From positions 1-30,597 of the forward strand of contig JANOJK010000540.1 of NCBI GenBank assembly GCA_031408165.1: a stretch of DNA of 30,597 bases, given 5' to 3'. The stretch is from Acidobacteriota bacterium (lineage in GTDB: Bacteria > Acidobacteriota > Vicinamibacteria > Vicinamibacterales > 2-12-FULL-66-21). The position numbers were made by a program, and so were the translations under genes. How positions within the stretch are numbered: the first letter of the stretch is position 1; every line of letters starts with the position of its first letter. Positions 16,541-23,964 of this stretch are shown here, in pieces. The notes below the pieces were generated by a model, which was not told the DNA's origin, made no database searches, and saw only the letters and a list, made by a program, of their open reading frames with translations.

Positions 16541-17776
16541 ATGGCGCTCAACGCGTGCGAGCTCGAAATCGATCTGTTCTGCCTGGGCTTGCGGGTCCCC
16601 GCCGAGCTGTCTCTGGACGGCGCTCGCGGGATCTCCCGCACGCGCGCCGGCCTTGGTTCCGGTTTGGAGATCGTGATCCGCTCGACGTCGTGGCTGAAGC
16701 GCGAGATCTGGATGAACGCACCCGTCGCGGAGCCCTTCGCGGCACGCTCGCCGTACGTGCTCGAGTCGAGCCCGGCAGGCGGCTATTCCGTGCATGACGA
16801 CCGTGACGGCCACCGCTACCGCGTGGACCTGCCCCCGGCGCCGGCGTGGTACCGGCGTCACACGTCCCGCGACGTGCCGATGTCGCGCATCGGCGTGATG
16901 CAGGGCACCTACCTCGGCATCTACATCAATCCCGTCTGCGCGTTCTGGAATTACCGCCCCGCGCTGAACTGCGGCTTCTGCACGACCGGCCAGAACGTGG
17001 GCGGCCACGAAGCCGCGGTCAAGACGGTCGACGACGTCGTCGAGACGTGTCACGCGGCGAAAGGTGCGGGCGTCACCTTCGTGCACTTCAACGGCGGCTT
17101 CCAGGGCACGCGCGGCCTGCGCGCGGCGGAGCCGTACGTGAAGGCCGTGAAGGAGAAGGTGGGGCTGCTCGTCGGCCTGCAGCTCACGCCGGAGCGCGAC
17201 TTCACCGCGTACGATCGGCTCATCGATCTCGGCGTCGACCACTTTTCGTTCTGCCTGGAGCTGTTCGACCCGGAGTGGTTCGCGCGCGTCTGCCCGGGCA
17301 AGGCGCAAGTGCTCGGACAGAACCTGTTCCTCGAGGCGATGGACTACTGCGCGGCGCGGATGCCGCGCGGCGCCGTGTCGGGGGAGATCATCGCCGGCAT
17401 CGAGCCGATCGCGAACACGCTGGCGGCCATCGAGCGCATCACCTCGGTGGGGGCGTTTCCCACCGTGTGCGTGTTCCGTCCGACGGTGGGATCCGACATG
17501 GAGGACTGGCCACCGCCGGCCTACGACGACATGCGGCGCGTGCTGGCGGCCGTGTACGACGCCTGTCGTCGCCACCGCGTCCCGATCGGCCTCGCGCCGA
17601 ACATCGAGGTGAGCCTGGTCGTGAACCCCGATGACGCGGCGCTGCTCGCGCCGCGGACGGCGGCGATGTTCGCATACGAGGCGTGGCGGCGCGTGGCGCG
17701 GCTCGCGGCGCGGCCGGTGTTCGCGCGGCGCATGCGGCCCCGGGGGGGCACGCGCCCATCGGCCAGCGCACGGTAA
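16541..17776 (+). CDS. Radical SAM protein with atypical CX10CX2C cluster motif; function unknown
   Basis: VCAFWNYRPALNCGFC is followed by TIM-barrel-like segments (HFNGG, GVDHFSFCLE, IIAGIEP, VCVFRP). There is an N-terminal extension of about 130 aa. Confidence 0.85.
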   Translation: MALNACELEIDLFCLGLRVPAELSLDGARGISRTRAGLGSGLEIVIRSTSWLKREIWMNAPVAEPFAARSPYVLESSPAGGYSVHDDRDGHRYRVDLPPAPAWYRRHTSRDVPMSRIGVMQGTYLGIYINPVCAFWNYRPALNCGFCTTGQNVGGHEAAVKTVDDVVETCHAAKGAGVTFVHFNGGFQGTRGLRAAEPYVKAVKEKVGLLVGLQLTPERDFTAYDRLIDLGVDHFSFCLELFDPEWFARVCPGKAQVLGQNLFLEAMDYCAARMPRGAVSGEIIAGIEPIANTLAAIERITSVGAFPTVCVFRPTVGSDMEDWPPPAYDDMRRVLAAVYDACRRHRVPIGLAPNIEVSLVVNPDDAALLAPRTAAMFAYEAWRRVARLAARPVFARRMRPRGGTRPSASAR

Positions 17777-17789
17777 TTCCGGAGGCACC

Positions 17790-17987
17790 ATGGTAGACAG
17801 AGAAAAAGTACTGACCGTCCTGACCCGCCGGTTCCCTGACGCGAGGCCCGATCAGGTCGCCGCCGCCGCGAATGCCATCGTCGGGCTCGAGGACGAGTGG
17901 GAGGACGTGACCGAAGTGGCGCAGCCGGGTGGCCGGGCTGATGAGGTCCGCGTCTTCAGTCGCCGGACAGCCGGCGGCGGCAGGTGA
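17790..17987 (+). CDS. Small hypothetical protein (65 aa)
   Basis: Strong SD (GGAGG) 4 nt before ATG 17790. MVDREKVLTVLTRRFPDARPDQVAAAANAIVGLEDEWEDV... fills the gap after the radical SAM gene. Confidence 0.7.
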   Translation: MVDREKVLTVLTRRFPDARPDQVAAAANAIVGLEDEWEDVTEVAQPGGRADEVRVFSRRTAGGGR

Positions 17988-18088
17988 CAACATTCCCCGG
18001 CCGTGACAGAATGCAGCCGGTCCTTCGCAATAGCCGCCGGAACGCGCCTGACGCCGCTGATAGTCCCCGCCTGGCCACTCGGTTGACC

Positions 18089-18343
18089 ATGAGCCCAGTC
18101 GGCTTGGCATTGAATGAGCGTTTCGAGATGGTGTGCCGGAGCGAGCTCGTGCGTCTCCGGCGGAAGACCGCGTCACTCAGCCCCGAAGATCGGGCCAGCG
18201 TCGATGCGCTGACGCTCGAGTTGGCCCGGCGGCTTGCGGTTCGTCTGGACGCTGCGCTCCAGGGACCAGGCAGTGCGGGCCTCGCGCCCGTCCTGATGCG
18301 CCTGTTCGCCGTCTCGCCACCTGCTTTGGAGGAACGCTTATGA
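18089..18343 (+). CDS. Small helical protein resembling the glutamyl-tRNA reductase (HemA) C-terminal dimerisation domain; start uncertain (17984, 18011 or 18089)
   Basis: LNERFEMVCRSELVRLRRKTASLSPEDRASVDALTLELARRL...LMRLFAV follows the recalled GluTR C-terminal pattern (LR..FE.IR..EL.RL..KL..LS.E.R..VD.LT..LV.KL...L..LF.L). The stop overlaps the cytochrome c ATG, whose SD lies within this ORF. Confidence 0.55.
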   Translation: MSPVGLALNERFEMVCRSELVRLRRKTASLSPEDRASVDALTLELARRLAVRLDAALQGPGSAGLAPVLMRLFAVSPPALEERL

Positions 18344-18687
18344 AACGTGTGTTGATTGGAACCCTTGCGGCGCTCGCGCTGGCGGCGTTCGCTGCCCCGG
18401 CGTCAGCTCAAGACGCGAGACTGGACAAGGGCGCGAAGGTCTACGCCGAACAGAAATGCATGATGTGCCATTCGATCGCCGGCAAGGGGAACGCCAAAGG
18501 GGCGCTGGACGAGGTGGGCACGAAATTGACGGCCGAGGAAATCCGCCAGTGGATGGTGGATCCGGTTGCCATGACGGCCAAGCACAAGGCGGTCCGCAAG
18601 CCCCCGATGCCCGCGAAGTTCAGCGCGCTGCCGAAGGACGATCTGGACGCGCTCGTCGCGTACCTGTCCTCGCTGAAGAAAAAGTAG
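18340..18687 (+). CDS. Periplasmic class I monoheme cytochrome c (115 aa)
   Basis: Start corrected to ATG 18340 (GGAGG upstream). Signal peptide ending ASA-Q, CMMCH, distal Met in KPPMP, and DLDALVAYLSSL. Confidence 0.93.
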   Translation: MKRVLIGTLAALALAAFAAPASAQDARLDKGAKVYAEQKCMMCHSIAGKGNAKGALDEVGTKLTAEEIRQWMVDPVAMTAKHKAVRKPPMPAKFSALPKDDLDALVAYLSSLKKK

Positions 18688-18745
18688 ACGCACCGGCGCC
18701 GGTCATCGAGCGCTCCACTGACTCGCGGACCACGCGGAGGGCACG

Positions 18746-20065
18746 ATGAAGAGCCGAGGCGCGATCGCCACACTGATCCTGATCTGGGGGCTCGCGCTGA
18801 CGATGTCGGCGCGGGCGCCGCAACCCGCGCCCCCGTCGCGGCCGGTTGCGCGCGCCGCGGCGCCTGCCGCCGCGCCCACCCCCGCGCCCACCGCGGAGGA
18901 CTGCTTCACCTGTCACGAGGACGCCGAGCTGAAACGGGCCAACGGCACCGCCGTGACGGTCAGCAAGCCGGCCTTCACCGCCTCGGTGCACGGCCCGCTC
19001 GCGTGCGTCGACTGCCACGCGGACCTCGCGAAGGCGGAGCTTCCGCACCCCGAGACACTGGCGAAGGTCGACTGCGCGTCGTGTCACGCCGAACCGGCGG
19101 CGCTCTACAAGCAGAGCGTCCATGCCGCCGCGCGCGCGGGCGGCAACACCGTCGCTGCCTCCTGCGCGAGTTGTCACGGCATCCACGATATCCGCGGCGG
19201 CAAGGACCCGCAGTCGCGCACCTACCACCTCAACATCGCGGCGACCTGCGCCGCGTGCCACGGCAACCAGGACGTCATCCTCAAGGGGCGCATCGGCAGC
19301 GGCGACGTGGCGTCCCCGTTCGCCGACAGCATTCACGGCCAGGCGCTCAGCCGGAGCGGGCTCCTGGTGGCGCCGACGTGCAGCAACTGCCATGGGCCCC
19401 ACGACATCCGGAAGAAATCGGATCCGGCGAGCCGCGTCGCCCTGGCCAACGTCCCGGCGACGTGCGGGGCGTGCCACGAAGGCATCTCGAACCAGTTTGC
19501 CGGCAGCGTGCACGCCACGGTGCTGGCGAGGGGGCTCGGCGGGGTGCCCGCGTGCCAGACCTGCCACACGTCGCACGCCATCCAGCAGGCCGGCAATCCG
19601 CGGTGGCAGCTCACCGTGGTGAACCAGTGCGGCTCGTGCCACGAGGACAAGCTGAAGACCTATCGGGACACGTTTCACGGACAGGTGACCAACCTCGGGT
19701 TCCGCACGGTGGCGGCGTGCGCGGATTGCCACGGCAATCACCGGATCCTGCCGGCGCGCGATCCGGCGTCGCCGATCCACCCCACGAACCTGGTCGCCAC
19801 CTGCGGGAAGTGCCACACGAACGCGAGCGCGAATTTCGTGAAGTACGACCCGCACGCCGACAAGGGGAACCGGGAGCGGAACGCCGCGTTGTACTTCGCG
19901 GCGAAATCGATGAAGTTCCTCCTGTTCGGCACGTTTGGATTCTTCGGCCTGCACACGGTGTTGTGGCTGCTGCGAGGGCTCCAGGAGGGCCGGACCGCGC
20001 CGCCGGCGAAACCCCCGAGGGAGCCCGAGGAGAAGCCCGAGGGAGAAGAGAAGATTGATGAGTGA
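18746..20065 (+). CDS. Membrane-anchored 11-heme cytochrome c (CbcL-like cytochrome c module)
   Basis: Signal peptide, Pro/Ala linker, 11 CxxCH motifs with the repeating S.HG / H.I distal-ligand pattern, and one C-terminal TM helix (LLFGTFGFFGLHTVLWLL). Confidence 0.9.
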   Translation: MKSRGAIATLILIWGLALTMSARAPQPAPPSRPVARAAAPAAAPTPAPTAEDCFTCHEDAELKRANGTAVTVSKPAFTASVHGPLACVDCHADLAKAELPHPETLAKVDCASCHAEPAALYKQSVHAAARAGGNTVAASCASCHGIHDIRGGKDPQSRTYHLNIAATCAACHGNQDVILKGRIGSGDVASPFADSIHGQALSRSGLLVAPTCSNCHGPHDIRKKSDPASRVALANVPATCGACHEGISNQFAGSVHATVLARGLGGVPACQTCHTSHAIQQAGNPRWQLTVVNQCGSCHEDKLKTYRDTFHGQVTNLGFRTVAACADCHGNHRILPARDPASPIHPTNLVATCGKCHTNASANFVKYDPHADKGNRERNAALYFAAKSMKFLLFGTFGFFGLHTVLWLLRGLQEGRTAPPAKPPREPEEKPEGEEKIDE

Positions 20066-20893
20066 GCTCGCCCCCGACGCCGCACCCGAGCGGCACGTGC
20101 TGCGGTTCGACCGCCTCGATCGGACGCTCCACGGGTTCCTGATGCTCAGCTTTCTGGGCCTGGCGGCGACCGGCCTGCCGGTGCTGTTCAGCGACGCCCC
20201 GTGGGCGCCGCGCATGGCGCGGGTGCTCGGTGGCTACACCGTCGTCCACCTGATGCACCGCGTGTTCGCGACGGTCATGATCGGGGTGTTCTCCGTGCAC
20301 GTGTGGCGCCTCGTCACGCGCGTGGCCATCCGAAAGGACTACGGCATCTTCTGGGGGCCGCGATCGATGGTCCCCCAGCCGAAGGATCTCGCCGACATGT
20401 ACGGCCACTTCCGATGGTTCCTGGGGCTCGGCCCCAGGCCGGCGTTCGACCGGTTCGCGTACTGGGAGAAGTTCGACTACTGGGCGGTGTTCTGGGGGAT
20501 GGCGATCATCGGCGGGTCCGGCCTGATGCTGTGGTTCCCCGAGGCGTTCGCGCGCGTGCTGCCAGGCTGGGTCTTCAACATCGCGCTGCTGGTGCACGCC
20601 GAAGAGGCGCTGCTGGCCGCCGGTTTCATCTTCACCATCCACTTCTTCAACAGCCACCTGCGGCCCGAGAAGTTCCCGATGGACATGGTCATCTTCACCG
20701 GCCGCGTGACGGAGCGGGAGCTGCAGGTGGAGCGGCCGGCGGAATACGCGCGGCTGGCGGCGGCCGGGCCGCTGCCGGATGCGGGGCCTCCCTCCGCCCG
20801 CGTGTGGATGGCCGGCCGCGTGATAGGCTCCGCCGCAGTGATTCTCGGCCTGGCGCTCGTCGGATTGATCCTCTACGCGGTAGCCCCTCACCT

Positions 20894-20897
<4 letters not shown>
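20058..20897 (+). CDS. Di-heme cytochrome b, FdnI/HydC type (CbcL-like cytochrome b module), 279 aa
   Basis: Start ATG 20058, overlapping the upstream stop. TM histidines (TLHGF, LMHRVF, LVHAEE, TIHFFNSH) and the motifs FDRFAYWEKFDYWAVFWG and HLRPEKFPMD. Confidence 0.88.
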
Positions 20898-22240
<1,343 letters not shown>

Positions 22241-22334
22241 GAAGGTCAGGCAGCGGGACGATCACGACGGCTCACGGCTCATCACGAAGTGTTCGTGGCC
22301 CTGGTGAGCTTCGTATGATTTCCGTGTGACGGGC

Positions 22335-22790
22335 TCAGCCCTCCGCGGTCAGCGTGATCGCATTGGAGACGCCCCGCACGCCGGCGAGATACTTCACCGC
22401 GTTCTCCGCTGCGGCGCGCTGGTGCATCCAGTGGACGGTGCCGCCGAGCGTGATGAAGCCGTCGCTCACGACCGCCTGCACCCCCTCGGGAATGGCCACG
22501 TTGTTGCGCAGCCGGTGCAGCGCGTCCCGTGCGATATCGGTGTCGGTGCGCTCGTTGGGCGTCTTCACGTGGAGATCGCTCGCCACGCTCCTGACGCCGC
22601 GCACGAGCATGACGGCGCGCTCCGCGGCCACTTTCATCGCCAGCGAGTCCACCCGGCCCGTCAGCGTGACCACGCCGTCCTCGGCGGCCACGCCGATCTC
22701 CCACTCGTGGACGGCGGGATCCCGATCGATTGCGGCCAGCGCCGCGTCGCGCAGAATCTCACACCCCGGGGGGGCCACTGCATAGACCAT
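22335..22790 (-). CDS. Dual-BON domain protein (151 aa) with no signal peptide
   Basis: Start corrected to ATG 22790 (AAGGAG upstream). Two BON repeats: GVVTLTGRVDS...GVRSVASDL and GFITLGGTV...GVRGVSNAI. Confidence 0.9.
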   Translation of the reverse strand: MVYAVAPPGCEILRDAALAAIDRDPAVHEWEIGVAAEDGVVTLTGRVDSLAMKVAAERAVMLVRGVRSVASDLHVKTPNERTDTDIARDALHRLRNNVAIPEGVQAVVSDGFITLGGTVHWMHQRAAAENAVKYLAGVRGVSNAITLTAEG

Positions 22791-22823
22791 GGTCGTCTCC
22801 TTCTGACTGTATGGCCCCGCTAT

Positions 22824-22839
22824 CGCAAGGGGGCTGCCA
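22824..22839 (-). promoter_or_regulatory. Sigma54 -24/-12 promoter for the BON gene
   Basis: The minus strand reads TGGCAG-CCCCC-TTGCG with GG-N10-GC spacing. The predicted start site near 22813 leaves a leader of about 23 nt that contains the SD. Confidence 0.72.
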
Positions 22840-22882
22840 TCGCGGCCCCCCATGGAAACCCGCGCCGATCTCGCCGGCCCGC

Positions 22883-22892
22883 CGGGAACCCG
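22883..22892. promoter_or_regulatory. Palindromic motif CGG-RAAY-CCG, copy 4
   Basis: CGGGAACCCG, identical to copy 1, about 45 nt upstream of the BON -24 box. Confidence 0.45.
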
Positions 22893-22922
22893 TAAACGAG
22901 GGTCCCGCGCGTCGGCAAGCTG

Positions 22923-22931
22923 TGGTACGGT
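22923..22931 (+). promoter_or_regulatory. Possible extended -10 (TGnTACGGT) housekeeping promoter for maf
   Basis: TG-G-TACGGT lies 10 nt before the maf ATG. No recognisable -35 box. Confidence 0.25.
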
Positions 22932-22941
22932 GCGGGTTCGC

Positions 22942-23520
22942 ATGGCCTCCGCGCCCTCGCGGCTGATCCTGGCGTCCGCGTCCCCCCGCCGCGCCGAGCT
23001 CCTCACGTGGGCCGGCTATGCGTTCACGGTCGAACACGCCAACGTGGATGAGTCGGTCTGGCCGGCGGAAGAGCCGGCGAACTACGTGCTCCGTGTCGCG
23101 CGGGCCAAAGCCCATGCAGTCGCCGCGAGGTGCCGGGAATCCGGCAGCACGGTCCTGGCGGCTGATACGACCGTCGTCGCCGGCGGTGAAATCCTCGCAA
23201 AACCGGCCGACCGGGACGACGCCGTTCGCATGCTGAAACGGCTTGCGGGCGTGGTCCATGAGGTCCTGACGGGCGTGGTGGTCGTCTCCAGGGGCCAGGA
23301 AATGGCCGAGGTGGTGCGGACCCGGGTACACCTTTTGCCCCTCAGTCCGGAAGAGATTTCCTGGTACGTCGATACGGGTGAGCCGGACGGGAAAGCCGGC
23401 GCCTATGGCATCCAGGGCCGGGCGGCGCGGTTCGTGGACTGGATCGAAGGGTCCTGGTCGAACGTGGTCGGGCTGCCGGTCGCGACCGTAGAACAGATGC
23501 TCAAGAGACTTGGCGCGTAG
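22942..23520 (+). CDS. maf: Maf family nucleoside triphosphate pyrophosphatase (YhdE-like), 192 aa
   Basis: Start corrected to ATG 22942. LILASASPRRAELL, ADTTV, ILAKP, KAGAYGIQG and NVVGLP. Confidence 0.93.
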   Translation: MASAPSRLILASASPRRAELLTWAGYAFTVEHANVDESVWPAEEPANYVLRVARAKAHAVAARCRESGSTVLAADTTVVAGGEILAKPADRDDAVRMLKRLAGVVHEVLTGVVVVSRGQEMAEVVRTRVHLLPLSPEEISWYVDTGEPDGKAGAYGIQGRAARFVDWIEGSWSNVVGLPVATVEQMLKRLGA

Positions 23521-23556
23521 TATCCTGCAGAGGGCAGCACGCGGCTGCAACTCCTT

Positions 23557-23964
23557 ATGACAACAAAAGCTATCAAGATTCTCGTGACTTGTGCCGTCCT
23601 GGTCGCCGCGCTCGGGGGCCTGATGTATACCACCCTCGCCGAGGGCACCGAATACTACATCCACGTCGACGAAGTGATGCAGGATCCGGAGGCCTGGAAG
23701 GGGAAGCGGCTGCAGCTCCACGGCTTTGTCTCCGACCTCCGCCAGCGGCCCAATTCGCTCGACTACAAGTTCCACGTGCAGTTCAACGGGCAGACGATCG
23801 CCGCGAGCTATACCGGGGTGGTGCCCGACACCTTCAAGAACGAGTCGGAAGTGGTGCTCAAGGGGCAGCTGCATCCGGACGGCTTCGTGGTGGCTGCCAA
23901 CGGCGTGATGGCGAAATGCCCGTCGAAGTACAACGCGCAGACCCCGCGAACGGCGGGAAGCTAG
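23557..23964 (+). CDS. ccmE: Heme chaperone CcmE, Cys variant (CxxxY, System I*)
   Basis: N-terminal TM anchor, YTGVVPDTFK and EVVLKG. C-terminal MAKCPSKY, where canonical CcmE has LAKHDENY. Confidence 0.93.
   Translation: MTTKAIKILVTCAVLVAALGGLMYTTLAEGTEYYIHVDEVMQDPEAWKGKRLQLHGFVSDLRQRPNSLDYKFHVQFNGQTIAASYTGVVPDTFKNESEVVLKGQLHPDGFVVAANGVMAKCPSKYNAQTPRTAGS

Noticed and set aside
14816-17791. 991-aa ORF as one giant fusion protein
   Set aside because: The first ~457 codons are the antisense shadow of the radical SAM gene and are low-complexity Arg/Ala/His-rich. The SDR fold begins at Met 16420.
18105-18120. TGGCAT-TGAAT-GAGCG as a further sigma54 promoter (and TGGCCACTCGGTTGA at 18072-18086)
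   Set aside because: The first has GG-N10-GC spacing but lacks the TT of the -12 box and lies inside an ORF. The second has TTGA in place of TTGC. Both are too weak to call.
20040-20065. Programmed frameshift fusing the 11-heme cytochrome c and cytochrome b into full CbcL
   Set aside because: There is no slippery heptamer. The purine-rich run reads as an SD for ATG 20058, and the stop/start overlap matches the other junctions in the operon.
22241-22334. Bidirectional terminator between the ImcH-like and BON genes (CACGAA-GTG-TTCGTG)
   Set aside because: The stem is only 6 bp with a 3-nt loop and has no U-tract on either strand.
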